Notes under the pieces: model-generated
Database searches by the model: none
Told to the model about the DNA's origin: nothing
What the model saw: only the letters and a program-made list of their open reading frames with translations
In this document: positions 1-16,908 of the stretch, one piece after another
How positions within the stretch are numbered: the first letter of the stretch is position 1
Layout of the letters: each line of letters begins with the position of its first letter
NCBI RefSeq assembly: GCF_009914755.1
Contig: NC_060937.1
Source: the human T2T-CHM13v2.0 reference genome, Homo sapiens
Strand: one strand, 5' to 3'
Length of the DNA: 64,000 nucleotides
Made by a program: the position numbers and the translations under genes

Positions 1-2589
1 CAAAATGCAAAAGACAAAAAAAGTCATCCTGTATCTTCTCCTAGAGTCTTTAAAAAGTCAGTTTAATGGGCAAAGAATGAATGTGCTTGAAAATCTAGAT
101 GAAGACAATATTAATCAACCTTGTTTATTTGTTTCCCCAAAGAGCTATGCCTTCTATGTTTAAGTATATAAAAGGTGGATTTAATCAGAGGAATCCAGGA
201 ATGTTTTAATTAACAAGGGAAAGAAAGAGAATGCTATTATTTAAAAATAACAATATATCTCCAATGACTAAGTCACCAAAAATATGCAGATATTTTAATT
301 ATTAGATGATATTAAGAGCAAAAATTATAACTATTATACAACCCTTTTATAATAAATATTAATTTTGATCATAGACTTTAAAATATTGACAAATGTTTAG
401 TTTAAAAAGTAACTATAATTTCATATATATGAATCATTAGATAATATATATTATTTGTTCCAAGATATCTAATTAATCTGAATAAAATATATAAAGCTGT
501 GCATAACGATTCTTTCATTAGGTATTTCTATTGATGCTGTTGTAATTTATGCCAGTATTTTGATAGAAAGTCACCAAAACATCATTTAATTTGAGTAGAT
601 AACGAAAATGTTGAATGAGTCTCCTAATAAGAACCCAACTTTAGCAAAAACACATTATCAGTCACAAAATATAAATAAAAATATTTTAAAGGGGATGCTA
701 AAAGAAATATGAGAAAGTAAAAGTCACACTATTAAAAAAAGATTAAATATAATTTATATATGCAGTACCATGAAGTTTCATGGTATTTATCACATAACCA
801 AGAATTCTGATTAAAATAGATTTTTTAATATTTTGTATCAAGAAATAACTATATTCCATATTAGCTTATAACAGATTCTGTGTAGATACAGAATCAAAGT
901 GTCTGGGTTTTGTTTTTATGTATAAATGTTTTGGCAGCCCTTCAATGTGGGCTTTTCATTTTCTACACCAAAGCTAAGGAGACAGTGAATTCTTTACTGT
1001 ATAAAATTATGCTTTTGGAAACTATACTTTTCAGCTTCTCCTTCATCCATTAGTTAGCACTCCCTGATGGCTTGGGGTGTGGTGATTAATATATTATTGA
1101 ATTAGGCATCAATCCAGGAAGCAATGGAATGTGTGAACTGAATGAGACTGTACAATTATCTGGTTCAGTTTTTTGAATTATAAAATAGATGTGAAAATAC
1201 GTGGCCCAGAAAAATTAAATGCCTGACCCAAATGAAAAATACTCAGGTATAAACACTGTCAGTATAAATAATAGAACTCCTAGATTGTTTTCTTGCATGT
1301 TTCAGTCTATGCCTTCAGGATCCTATTGACAATATTTTCAGAGTATAGGTATTCTCCATTATGAAACTTGGGTAAACTGTTGACTTAGCTTCTACTCGAA
1401 TACATTTGTTTAATGTAAATACAAACTAGAAATGTTTGTTATAATAAGTTATTTATAGAAACAAATACCATGTGTGAGATTCCCAGGTTCTAAACAGTAG
1501 CAAAGAATTTTATATGGAATCAGACCATTTTAAATAATGCTTTCAAATGAAAGAAAAAGACAATTAACTGACAGTAGATTTTTCTTTTTAAGTTGGATGT
1601 CATTTTAATATTGATTGGTTAATTAACCTTCCCCTTTTGAATGTTTCTATCAATTTTTCTTTCATGTTATAATTAGACCATTTTCTTTGACGTAGATAAC
1701 AAGCCTGTATTTTAGTTTTATTCCCATCAATGTTCTCTTTTTTCCCTTCCAGTATACAAAAGATAACACAAGAAATTTACAACTCAGATATTTCTGAGTG
1801 AACCCTGATCAGCTTTATCCAAAAGTATTTCGCCTGAAGTAGGTCTTGTGTATCACCTTTCCCCAGAAATCAGAGATGGATGGTGAGGGGAGAAAAGAGA
1901 ATCAATTCTTTAAAAAAGAAAATTATGCTTATTTCATATCAATATTTCTTTGAGAAATAAACTGAATACCAGCAGCATAAATATCTATTTGAATGGACCA
2001 GAGAGTAAACAAGGCAGCCGAAGATTTCAGAAAAAAAATAAAAGTCATTTGAGAGTAGGTGTCATCTTTGGTGCTTTTTTCTTTGAAATGTTTACAGTTT
2101 GCTTGCTTGTTTGTTTCACTAATGGGAGACTGAACTGTAAGAATGAAAAGAGAAAATAAGGAAAATTAAGAACTTAGAAATCCTATAAAATATTGCAACA
2201 GCGTTATGATGTGGGAGGACAAGAATGAGCATACAGTGCCTATCAATGAGGAAGAGTCTTAATAGAAAGCCCAGGCTAAAGAGTTGAGGCTCTCAGTGAA
2301 ATGGAATACTAGAAATGTGTGACCACTTAGGAACAAATGATAGGTAACATCAAACAAGCTCATTATCAAATTTGAATAAAATGGCCTAAGTATATTGTAG
2401 AGAGTAAAAATAAATTTTGTCTGGAGAAAGAACATACCAGAGAAAACCTTAAATTACCAGTTTTTCAAACACACCAATTAGTCTAAGCAATTGTTACTTG
2501 ACACACCTATAATTAGAAATTAATGAACAGAAAGTAATAAGTCATATGGACTACAGACAAAGATGGACAGGTGGTCTAGATATTGAATT

Positions 2590-2700
2590 GATCACACAGT
2601 GGAATAATCTATATACAAAACCCCCTGGACATGAGTTTACCTATATAACAAACATGCACATGTACCCCAAACCCAAAATAGCACTTTAAAACAAAGAAAA
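2590..2700 (+). mobile_element. L1 3' end fragment (older L1PA/L1PB)
   Basis: Motif gagtttacctatataacaaacatgcacatgtacccc followed by an A-rich tail. Confidence 0.75.
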
Positions 2701-2774
2701 AGAAGACCATGTCACCAATATGGATGATAAGAGAATGTCATACCACTACTGGGGGATCGTCTTTGACCGCAAAT

Positions 2775-3920
<1,146 letters not shown>

Positions 3921-4187
3921 TAGCTATTAAAAGAAAAAGAAATATTATAGGATATAAACTTTCATAGAGAATTTTTATTTAATACATAAATTTATTATGC
4001 ATTTATTTTAAAACATAAATAAATGAAAAGTAAAATGAGTGAAATAAAAAAATAAATAGGCTGAACAGTAGACTAGGCATGCAGAAGAGAGAGTGAATTT
4101 GGAGATAAGTTCAAAACAAAAGGTGGAAAGTAAAAAGCAAAAATGAATATAAGTAGGAAAAGGGTCAAAGCAAAAATAGCATTTGTT

Positions 4188-4500
4188 GGCCGGGCGCAGT
4201 GACTCACACCTGTAATCCCAGGACTTTGGGAGGCTGAGGTGGGTGGATCACTAGGTCAGGAGATCGTGACCTTCCTGGCTGACATGGTGAAACCCCGTCT
4301 CTACTAAAAATACAAAAAACTAGCCAGGCATGGTGGCAGGCACCTGTAGTCCCTGCTACTAGGGAGGTTGAGGCAGGAGAATGGCGTGAACCCAGGAGGC
4401 AGAGCTTGCAGTGAGCCAAGATGGCGCCACTGTACTCCAGCCTGGGCGACAGAGTGAGCAAGACTCCGTCTAAAAAATAAAAAAATAAAAAAATAATTAA
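4188..4500 (+). mobile_element. Alu (AluY-like)
   Basis: Diagnostic aatggcgtgaacc and gagcttgcagtg; TSD AAAAATAGCATTTGT. Confidence 0.95.
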
Positions 4501-4661
4501 AAAATAGCATTTGTGTAATTATTTTTGCAGTAGAAGAAAAGAAAGGAAGAATGATGCAGAGGCAATATTGAGAGGGATTTGGGGCAGGAATTTTTCAAAA
4601 TTCATTAGAGTTATTAAAGAACAATTTAAAACTAATAATTCCAAGAAGGAGGGATAGACTG

Positions 4662-4663
<2 letters not shown>

Positions 4664-4709
<46 letters not shown>
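4664..4709 (+). repeat. Poly(A)46 tract
   Basis: Uninterrupted A run with no Alu or L1 body upstream. Confidence 0.95.
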
Positions 4710-4713
<4 letters not shown>

Positions 4714-5404
4714 ATAATTTCAAGAAAGAGGGGAGGGAAGGATTTTAAAACGAGCCAGAGAAAACACATAGGTGCCTTTAAAGGAGAAGCAGGAAGACTG
4801 GGAGCTGTCAACAGATATGTTGGAAAAAATAAAGAGTGGAATAACATTTTAAAAGTATTGACAGAGAATATACCAAATGATAATTCATTATATAGAAAAT
4901 AAATATATTTTCAAAGTGAAGGTAAAAAAATTTATTCCATTCAAACAATATTAGAATATGCTAACAAAAAAAAATACTAATAAGTACTAGTAAATAAGAA
5001 CCTATCCTAAGAAAGCTGATACTGAACAAATAATAGGCAGAAATAACTGAAGACTAACATAATGCTTAAAGATTTGGAAATATCTAAATGTATGCTAATT
5101 GGTGAAATAAAAATAATAATTATAGCTATTGTATTTAAAATATATACAGAATTAAAATGCATGTCAACAATGGCATACAGACAAAAGGATGTGGAATGCA
5201 GTTGCTAAGAGCTTAGCATTATCAAGGAAATAGTAAAGAATGTTATCAATATCAGTTTAAAAATGCATACTATCATCTCGAGTAATCACTAAAAAAGAAT
5301 AAAGAACTTACAATGGAAATTACACATATTTTTAATTACATGAACAAACCTGTAGGATTTATCTAAATCAAGTGCTTAGAAGCAAACAATTCATTTTCAC
5401 TTGA

Positions 5405-6290
<886 letters not shown>

Positions 6291-6299
6291 GCAAAGAAT

Positions 6300-7440
6300 A
6301 AAAGTTAACTAAGCCCAAATTTTAGAGGAAGATTTAGAATGTGAGAAAGTAGAAATTACTGATATTAGGAATAAAAAAGGAGAAAATATTAGCTGCAATT
6401 ACTATTCAATGTTGACATTTTTCCAGAGATTTTAGCTATTTCAATAATACATTAAAGTAAATATAATTTATAAGAAGTTAAAAGTAACAAAATTGCTATG
6501 GTTTGCAGGCATAATTTTGTACATAAAAAAGAAGAATTGAAAGTGAGATCAGCAACATAACTTGATTAAAGTTCAATATACAGAAATCCATTGTACATAA
6601 TAAACAATTTGAAAATTAAATTCAATTAAGTTGAAATGACAACATAAAATATAAAATGCTTGAAAATAAATCCAATAAAAATGTATAAGACTTCTACATG
6701 GAAAACTTATATTATTAAAAATATTAAAAGAGCAAAACAGTTGAGAGATATATAAAAATTATGGGTTATAAGACTTCATATTATAAGGTTAATTCTCTAT
6801 GATTTGATCCATATATAGAATATAATCTCAATCCAAATCTCAATAGTTTTGTGTATGTGAAAACTGAGAGGGTGAGTCCAAAATTTATTAGAGAATTAAA
6901 AGGCCTAGAAAATATAACACAAAGAGATTAAGCAGGAGGAAATCAAGTTCCAAATAACAAGACCCATGAAAACCTGCTTTAATTAACAAATCACTTTTTG
7001 CAGAAATATAAAAAAAAGGCCAACACAATATAATATAGGATCAATAACAAGCCCAGACAAACAGAGTCTTGACTTAGAACAAATGAATATTGAACAGTCA
7101 TGGGAATAAACAAGCCTTCAGGGAATAGAGCCAGGTCGATAGGACCATGAGTGAAAATTAATCTTATTTCCATCAACCTCAGATGCAATACTATCTAGAT
7201 GTAAAATATAAAACATTAAAGTTTCTATAGGAAAACATAGAATATTGTCAGGACACTGGCATCATAAAACACTTAAATGGGGTACAAATGAACCTATCCT
7301 AAAAAACAGATTGATAATGTGGGTTATAATAAAATTAAGAACATTTGATATTCATCAAAAGACACTCCCAAGTGTACCTGTGACATCTTGGTATATTAAT
7401 AATATGGAATAAAATATAGCAGTGAAAATTTGTGCAGTAG
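6300..7440 (+). mobile_element. Degenerate old L1M ORF2 remnants
   Basis: A-rich sequence with decayed L1 ORF2 motifs such as ttcaatatacagaaatccattgta and aattaagaacatttg...tcatcaaaagacac. Confidence 0.6.
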
Positions 7441-7771
7441 CAGTTTATTTTTACTGTTATATTTTATTCTTCATTACTAATATATTATACCTAACTACAT
7501 GTATTTATTCATCTATTGGTGGATGGGTTTTTTTTAATTTGAGACTTTTATAATTAATGCATATATGAAAATTCTTATAAATGTCATTTATTATATACAG
7601 ATATGCATGCCTGCTGAGTATCTTCCAGGAGAGTATTGCAGGAATATGCATATATACATATTTAGTAAATGTTGCCAAGAAGCTTGCCACAGTGTTTGTA
7701 ACAATTTAGCCTCTTCTCAGCAATGTTACAAGACTTGTGTGTCTTCTGAGACAATTTTTTTCTGTTTAGCA

Positions 7772-7886
7772 CGTGTCCACAAATGACCATGAAAACATTG
7801 CAAGTATTGATTTTGGGATTACAGATAAATTTTACTACATAGGAAAATTCACTAATACAGAATTCATGAATAATGAGGTTAAACTA
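7772..7886. mobile_element. TcMar-Tigger fragment (MER46C-like)
   Basis: gattttgggattacagataaatttt...aatacagaattcatgaataatgagg resembles the MER46C end. Confidence 0.6.
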
Positions 7887-9689
7887 CACACACACACACA
7901 CGCAATATACATATATGTGTATATTTTATACGCACAAATTCATATTTTCAGATTGCTTATTTGGAATTGTTTCTCAAACATGAACATTTCTGAACAAGCT
8001 TAACTGATACGTTTACTTCTGAAGTGGAGCATATTCCATCTATTGCTCATCAATTTCATCCCTGAAGAAGGGCAATGAAGTGCATATTCAATTACCTTGT
8101 CATCTCATTGAGACCAGAAGGGAAGAATTTGGGGCAGCTAAACAATCTTAACCAGCAGGGATTACTATAGCTCTGAATACTGTGCCAATCTACAGGCCAA
8201 AAGTTTTATATTTCTTACTCTAAAACTTAAGAAAAACAGAAAAATACTCTCCTTCAAAGAGATAATATTGCTGTTTTTATTTGCCTCTGTTGCTAATCAT
8301 GACATGCTATAAATTCATGTTTTCTACCTGATAACCTCATGTCAATCATATAGAGTTATAAAATCTTAATATCACAATCCTCCAATGACAAATGCTGGAG
8401 CCAGCCTTAGACATTTTACGTTTCCCTGTGTCCACAATCACCTCTGTTTAAAAAAGCTCCAGATCCAAAACCTGTGGCATTGAAAGCTTGTTCCCTTTTT
8501 TATTTTCTATGTAAGCAAAATTAGATTTGTTTTGTAAGCCAATGGTCTCAAAAAGATCAAAAAAAGATGATTTATTTTCTCAAAAATTTTCCCGTTTAAT
8601 TATTAATAATCAATAATGTTTCTGTATACTGTTAAGTTTACGAAGTAAATCTAAGAAATTTAGAAATGTGTTATATTCTAGTTGTCAATTTTTAAAAATT
8701 ATGCTACCAAAACAATGGAGTAATTTCAAACTAATTCACTTATTTATTTAATAGAGATTTATATTTCATTTCTCTGTAAATGTACATTGAATAACTCTGT
8801 CAAAGTTTATGTAAGTAATCGATATATCTACTTTATGAAAATTCAATATGAAGACCAATTATTTTAGGAACACTGACTTCTTCAGAAGACTTATTGTATT
8901 TTTGTTACCCTTGCACTTGTTTTGCTGACCAAAATCTCAGTTTATCATTTCTACAATAATATCTTAAACATAATTCTCCAAATGTCACATTACTATTTTT
9001 TGGAGAACTTTTCAGAAGAAAGAATTTGCTTAAAGTATAAATTAATTATTTGAAAGTCTTGACCTAACATCTATTAATTGCTTGGCGATATTCAATGTAT
9101 CTTACACCCAGAAGCATTTTTAAAATTATGAATTTGCTTTATGTCACACATTTTTAACTCTTTTTATTCATGTCTTTCAAATTCTTATTGGATAATAATG
9201 TCTTTTTCTTTCATATTACCGAAGCATCTAATTTCTTTCCATTTCTATTCTGGGACACATCATTGTCTTTGGCTATCCTACTCTCAATTCTTTGCCCTAT
9301 CTCTGCTTACACAGACCTTTGGAGCAATCTATCGTCTTTGGAGTTTTATGACCAATAATTATTTGAAGAAATCTACCAAGATAACTGACACTTGCCTATG
9401 TCCCTTCCATAACTGCATTATTGAGCCTCCTATTTCATCTCCAGAAGAGAGTTGTTCTAGAGTGATGAAGCTCTATCATAGACTGACGGACCTCCATTCA
9501 CACCTCATATATTAGCATATGAAGTAATTTTCCAGAGTGGCCTTCTCTGAATTCCACACTGAATTGGTCCCCTTCAATATTTTCTCCGCATCACTTCATA
9601 TTTTTTATGAAATTGACACCGGTGAGAGTGAGTGTGTATATGCAAGAGAGAAACAGAGACAGAGAGAGAGATTACTTTTAATATTGATT

Positions 9690-9820
9690 TCCCTCACTTG
9701 ACTATAAATCCCTAAAGGCACGGTTTTCTTTTCTATAGTGTATCCATGTCTACCACAGAGCTGAATTATACACAGTGTTCAAAGACAATTACTGAAAATA
9801 ATTAATAGAAACAATTGAAC
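9690..9820 (+). mobile_element. L2 3' end fragment
   Basis: gactataaatccctaaaggca...gtatccatgtctaccacagagctg pattern. Confidence 0.5.
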
Positions 9821-12800
9821 AAATGTTTTCTTTCCTTTTAAAGAACATACTCCGAAAACAAGTATGCCTAAACTCAAATATTATTGAGGAAATAATGTTT
9901 AACTCTTTTCTTTTGTACCCTAAAATTCTTCAAGGTTGGCAAAGATCTTTATAATTTAGTCACACATATCTAATATTTTAACAATGTAAATGGCTTACAA
10001 ATATTTATACCACAAATGAATTGGAGTATATTATTTATACACATGCACGTGCCATTGGGATTTCATATTTTGTGCTCAAAAATGCCTGAATGCAGAATGT
10101 CCGTTTTGTCAGTGTCATATACACCCAATCTTCTACTTCTCTACCAAATAATTTACTAGGGCCAACTATTAATTAATTTGTTTTGATTTCAGTAATACGG
10201 ACTTCACCAAAAAATAGTTTATGAAATAATTCCAGATGTCCAAATATGCTACTCAGGATGCTCTGATCTCTAAGCTGCTTTTTCCCTCCCCCAACCTCAC
10301 CTGTGCCCGCTGCCAGTGAATTTCCAAGCCACTGCAGCAGAGGTCACAACACCGTCTATAGTTTCATATCCACAAGATTTTGAAAAAACACCCAGGCAGG
10401 GCAGGCACAACGACCTGTGGAATAAACAGAGTGTGTGCTTAGAGTCTCTCTCTCTGTGTGTCTGTCTATGTACATGTGTGTGTCTGTGTATCTGTGTGTG
10501 TGGTGTGTGTGTCCAGCTTTGGATGATATAGTGAACGAATCAGGCAAATTCCACAGGGATCCAGGCCAAAGCTCCCAGCCAAACATCAAAAGACACAATT
10601 AAATGGGAGTAGGAATAGCAGAAAAAGGCACTTCTAATGTCTTGTATGAGCTGAGATTAGGGTTTATTCTTGACTTTCATCAAAAGCACATGATGGTCCC
10701 AGTGCAGGATGCAAGGATGAAATGCTATTCTGTGGCAGGAGTTGCTTCATTCTGCCCAGGTCAGCTGGCCAAGGTCAGCTCTACTCTGTTCTACCGGCTG
10801 AAAGACTGCTGCATTTTTAAGCTATATATCTTGGAGAAAGTTGATCATAACCCTCTCTTTATCTAAATTCTCTCTCCACCTTATCAATGGCATGAAATTT
10901 TACTGTGAACATATATTCCTCATTCCTCACTTTTTTTATTTTTCACTGGTGTCTTTCTGACTTAGCATTTCTTTCTCCATTTTGACTTACCTGATTGTTG
11001 AGTTTGGAAACAAAAAGGTGTGTGTTTGGCATAGAATATATTGGCTCACCCTTTGTGTCAATTTCACCTTGCTGACTCTCCCTCACAAGGGCACTGTGTA
11101 TGTCCAGCTGTGTCAGCAACCCTTTGAGAGAAGGGATGGAAATATTAGCCATCTCTGTATCCAAAGCTATGACTCTAATCTGCTCAATTAGTATTAAAAC
11201 TTATCTTCTCTCTTCGGTATCTTTTTCATGTGTTTGTTCTCAGATATTTGTGAATGACAGAAAGAAATTAAAGGGTAATAGTTACTGGCCATTCAGAACC
11301 CCACTGTGTAAAATCCAGGAGAAATAAAAAATAATGTGGCAGTAAAATCTATCTGGGATTTAAATAAAATATAAAGAGGGCTGCCCTTGAGCATAATATT
11401 AAAGCATGAGTAGATATGCACTAGACAAAAAAGTAGGTAGGGAACACTGAAACTATGAGTAATAACAAAGTTATCTGTCATGTTCTGAGAACTGAAGTCA
11501 ATTTATTCATAACAGATATCTGTTTCAAGATGATCAAAGAATGCAGTGGGAGATGCAGATACCTGATACCTGAAACGCTGATATCATTAATATATTGTAA
11601 AAAAAAAAATACCATATATATTATAATAACAAATATTGCAAGAGTGCTAGCCTTGTGGTATTATTAAATGAGGGCCCTTTTTTTCATTATCCCTTCATTA
11701 GAACACATGGATTTCATGTCACTAAATAAAACTACACAGTTGTTATAATTACAAGGAGACATTATTTCAGAAGGACTGAGATCTACTGGTACAGGAGATA
11801 TAAAGCAGAGGTTTAAAAAAAAAAAAAAACTGTTGGAGCTGAAATTATCTATAAAATAGTCTCTGTTGAGCATATAATAACAGAAGTCCTGAAGACGAGA
11901 TTAGTCAATTAGTGTTCATTGTTCTATATAGGTTGATCAAAACATTATGAAAATAGGGTAGTACAGTTTTATTTAAGAAACAAAAGATGAAATCAAATCA
12001 TAAGGCAAAGCCTGTTATTTTCAGCTGCTAAAAATATCACTTTCTTTTCAGGGTAAAGGCCTAGCAATTTTTTTGTAGAAAGGACTTGTAAATGTTATAT
12101 GAGTAGGACCAGGGTCAAAAAGGGTCTGTAGCATGTAAATTTCATAAAATAACTTTAAAATTGATTTGAGTGATGAGATATAAGTTATTTTAAGATGTTT
12201 TCTAGGTAAGAAGAAGAAAAATTATGCTAAAGTAGCCAATCCAATATGCTTCTTAACAAATATCAATAAAACAAAATGAACAAGGAAAAGCAAGAAGCAT
12301 CACAAGCACAATTTCAAAACTTAAGCACTAAAAAAAATTAGAAATTAGATCTCAGAATAATAACATATAATCCCTAAGGAAAAATATATTTATGTCAGTG
12401 TTGTTGGATATTAATACTATATTAATAAGCACTATTTTAGTTCATGCATTGAATTTATTTTTAAAACAAATCATAACAGATTTTTTGAAATGACTATTGT
12501 TAAATATAAATACAGAAATACATTTTGTTGTTTTTGTTTGTATTAAGAATTAATTTTCTCAAGTTTTCTTTCATAATCTACACAACAAAGAAAAGTCTTA
12601 CGTATTTATATTTAAAAATTATAAAACCGCAGAAATAATGGGCTAGTTGTAGAATTGACCTGTGGAAGTCTAGAATCCCACTAATTATTAAGATTAAGAC
12701 AGAGGCACTTTGGAATACGTCTCCATCTGTTGAGAATTCATTATGCAGGATATGATATTAATTCCTGTACAAGTAATTTATTCAACTATTCATATCTCCT

Positions 12801-12888
12801 TACACAAAGTTTTAAACATAATACAAAATATACTTATTCCTTCAGTCTAATTTACATATTCTTCTCATGTGTAACCTAATCTTCCCTA

Positions 12889-13281
<393 letters not shown>

Positions 13282-13969
13282 TCAGCCAAGAAAACTGCTG
13301 CTAGTCAAAGATCATTTAGTTTAATTAAATTTTTGATTAATTTAAACTTGATTTTCAACTTCTGCTTGCAATTAACTTGACTTTTTATTGCATAATAATG
13401 TATATAAAAATTATATCAATGTGCTACTGTCAGAAAATAGTCATTGGTATATCCAATTTTGTTACAATGCTGTTATATTTTAAAATCTTGATTCACTATT
13501 ATGTGGACAATTAAAGATAATTAATACAATATTCATAACAGTTAATAAAAGGTTTAAAATAATTAAATATAGGCAAGTAAAATACTCCCAAATAAAGAAT
13601 ATAATTTTAGAAACACACTATTAACAGAAGAAAAGAATGCTACTCCAAATATATAATACTATTATTTTGAAATCAATTTATATTTTATTGGATAGTTTTT
13701 ACATTTTTCTCACATATTACTAGCTTGCTATAAATCACAAAACTGCATATCCATGTTTAAAAATAAGTCAATATATTACAGAAAAATTTACTATCCCCCT
13801 TCAAGTAACACACCCATTCTTGAAAAACGTATAGTTCTATGGCTATCTTTCTAAATATATGAGTAAAATTGTAAAACATATATAATTAAAATAGAAATTG
13901 ATTTCAAAGTAAAATTATTATATATTTGGAGTAGCATTTTTTCTTCTGCTAATAGTGTGTTTATAATTA

Positions 13970-14400
13970 TAACTATGTATATCTATATCTATAGAGATTC
14001 ATAGATATATACATTTTTCAAGAATGGATGTGTTACTTGAAGGGGGAAATAAATTATATATAGATAGATAGATCTATAGATACATCTATAAACCCACGAT
14101 GGGGGCTAAAACCACAATGTTATTGTCATGTTAATGACATGATAGTAAGCTGGGTTAAGTTAAGGACATTTAGGTTCATCTATAAGTAGATGTATCTATA
14201 GATAGCTATAGATAGGTGTATCTGTATATATCTATAGATATATCTATATAGGTGTATCTGTAGATATCTATATCAATAATATATAGATCTACATAGACCT
14301 ATGTATCTATGTAAGTATATATATACTTATACATAGATATACTTATGTGTATCTCTTATGTGTAGATATATCGAGAGAGAGAGAATGTATATACATCTTA
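13970..14400. repeat. TA/TCTATAGA-rich low-complexity palindromic repeat
   Basis: Repeated tatagata/tatctata units. Confidence 0.8.
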
Positions 14401-14676
14401 TGCATGTGTTTGTGTGTATTTCATTTGCTCCCTTTTTTAAAAGTTGTACAATATGAACCCCAATTAAAATGTGAAAATTAATGATTGTATGATACAAATT
14501 CCAGACTAAATATTAAAAACAATGCAAAGACATATAGATTGAAAGCTAATAAAAAATTTTAAAGGAATTTCTGATGACGCAGGAAAAGAGATATATAAGA
14601 ATAAAAACATAAGGGACAAAACAATTTTTAAAGTATAACTAAATCCAGTTATATGAATAATTACAGTAAATATCAC

Positions 14677-15264
14677 TGTTACAGTCTACTTAGTCCCTAG
14701 TTTAGCTATGTCCAAGTTCTTGTCCCACAACCAAGAAAAATACAGCACATGGACACTGGAGAGTGAGTAGAGTAGGATTTATTAAGCAAAAGGAAAATTC
14801 TCAGCAAATAGAAGGGGCCTGAAGGCAGGTTGCCAGAAATGGGACTGATTTCTCGGTCTTTTATATGGCAGAAGCCAGTTAGTTTTCTGTGGGTTTTGCC
14901 GGAATGAGAGAGGCAAATTCCCTCCTAGGGGTGTTGTATTTGTGCAAGCCTGGAGTTGGCCAGAATGATTACATCTTGGTTATTTTGCCTAAGCAAAACC
15001 CATGGTGGGGGCTAAAACCACAATGTTATTGTCATGTTAATGACATTATAATAAGCTGGGTTAAGTTAGGACATTTAGGTTCATTTATTGCATCTGTGCC
15101 TAAGTTGGGACAGTCTCTTCTGAGCAATGTCCTGGCACAAGAAGAAGGTAGGTACTGTAGGTACTGTCCCATGGTTGTTCCTGTGAACATTGTCTATCTC
15201 TGCCCTTTTCCTGAGACCCTCCTTCTCAATCTACCTAACCAGCCCCCAACTGCCTCCTGTCTCA
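14677..15264 (-). mobile_element. ERV1-class solo LTR
   Basis: TG...CA ends; AATAAA (14778-14783) and a TATA-like motif (about 14860) on minus; imperfect 4-bp TSD tcac/ttac. Confidence 0.8.
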
Positions 15265-16144
15265 TTACTACATTATACACTGGAATAAAAAATTTCATGT
15301 TATCTGAATGGACAAAATAGTGAAACTCAACTATATGCTGTCAATAAAATATGCTATTTAATGTAAAGAGACAGACATTTGAAAAATAACTAGTTAGAAA
15401 AAGATAAAGCATGCAAACAATAAATATTAGAAAGGTAGAGTGGAATATTAATATCAAAAAAGTATTATCAGAAATAAAGAAGGATATTTCACAATGATAC
15501 CAAAATAAATTTAAGAAAAAGACAACTATAAATGAGTATGCTCCTAATAATAGTGTTTCAAAACATATTAAGCAAAAATTGACTTAAAAACTAGTCATCA
15601 AGTGATAGAGAAACTGCAAAAAAGTAAAGAGGTAGATGATTTGAGTGATAAATAGAACTATACTGAAATAAACGCTAATTGAAATATAACATAAAAATTG
15701 TAGTATGCAACAAGAGAATTGTATAAAGGACAAAGTACAGCTTTAAATGCCTGTTTTAGAAATAGTGATATATCTAAATTTCGATGATCCTAGCTTTCAC
15801 TTTAAAAGGTATGAAAAGAAACAGCATAGTAAGTTAAAGAAAGGTAAATTATAACATAAAAGGGAAAATCAACAAAATATAAAAAAACAGCAAATAATCT
15901 ATAAACAACAAAAACAATTTTATAGTAATTAACAAAATCGATATACTGAAAAAATAGAAAGCAAACAACATAATTATCAGTATTGGAAATGAAAGAAGGG
16001 TTATCATTACAGATTCTACAGAAGTTGAAAGTGATAGAATATTATGAATAAATTTATGACAGCAATCTAGCAAATTAGATGACATACATACTTTTAAAAA
16101 TATATAATTTATCAAAAATTATGCAAGAAGAAAAAAATCTCTAT

Positions 16145-16908
16145 ACAAATAGTTCTCAACCTATGATGTTGCTACTTATCAATAAACCCATTCTAAATTA
16201 TAAACATCACAAATTGAAAATGCATTTAGTATTCCTAACCTACTGTATTAGTCTCTTCTCATGTTGCTATGAATAAATACCCAAGACTGCATAATTTATA
16301 AAGGAAGGTGGTTTAGTTGACTCACAGTTCTGCATGGCTGGGGAGGCCTCAGGATACTTACAGTCAAGGTAGAAGGAGAAACCAACATGTCCTTCTTCAC
16401 ATGGCAGGAGAGAAGTGCAGAGTGAAGAAGGGAAAGACCCCTTATAAAACTATCAGATCTCATGAGAATTCACTCACTATCACTAGAACAGCATGAGAGA
16501 AACACCTCGATAATCTAATCACCTCCCACAACGTTCCTCCCCTAACACACGGGGCTTACAATTCAGATTACAAATTCAAAATGAGATTTGGGTGGGGACA
16601 CAGAGCCAGACTGTATCAATCACCTACCAAACATCATAGCTTAGCCTAGCCTACCTTAACATGGTTAGAACACTTACATTAGCCTACAGATGGTCAAAAT
16701 TATCTACCACAAAGCCTATCTTATAATAAAGTGCTGAATATCTTATGTAACTTATTATTAAACTTATGTAACTTATTAATTTCACTGAAAGTGAGAAACA
16801 GGATGGTCATATAGGAGGTACAGTTTCTACTAAATGCATATCGCTTTCTCAGCATCATAAAGTTGAAAAATCGGAAATCATACCCTTGTAAGCCACGGAC
16901 CATCCGTA
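16145..16908 (+). mobile_element. MER47A-like Tigger DNA element, interrupted by THE1
   Basis: aacatcatagcttagcctagcctacctt...acacttacattagcctacag, with TA-flanked ends. Confidence 0.8.
16244..16618 (-). mobile_element. THE1 (THE1C/D-like) MaLR LTR
   Basis: tgtattagtc...gagatttgggtggggacacagagcca; TSD CCTAC. Confidence 0.9.

Noticed and set aside
9141-9515. 124-aa ATG ORF
   Set aside because: T-rich compositional ORF with no recognisable motif.
14889-15320. 143-aa ORF
   Set aside because: It lies antisense within a solo LTR, starts at GTG and has no recognisable domain.
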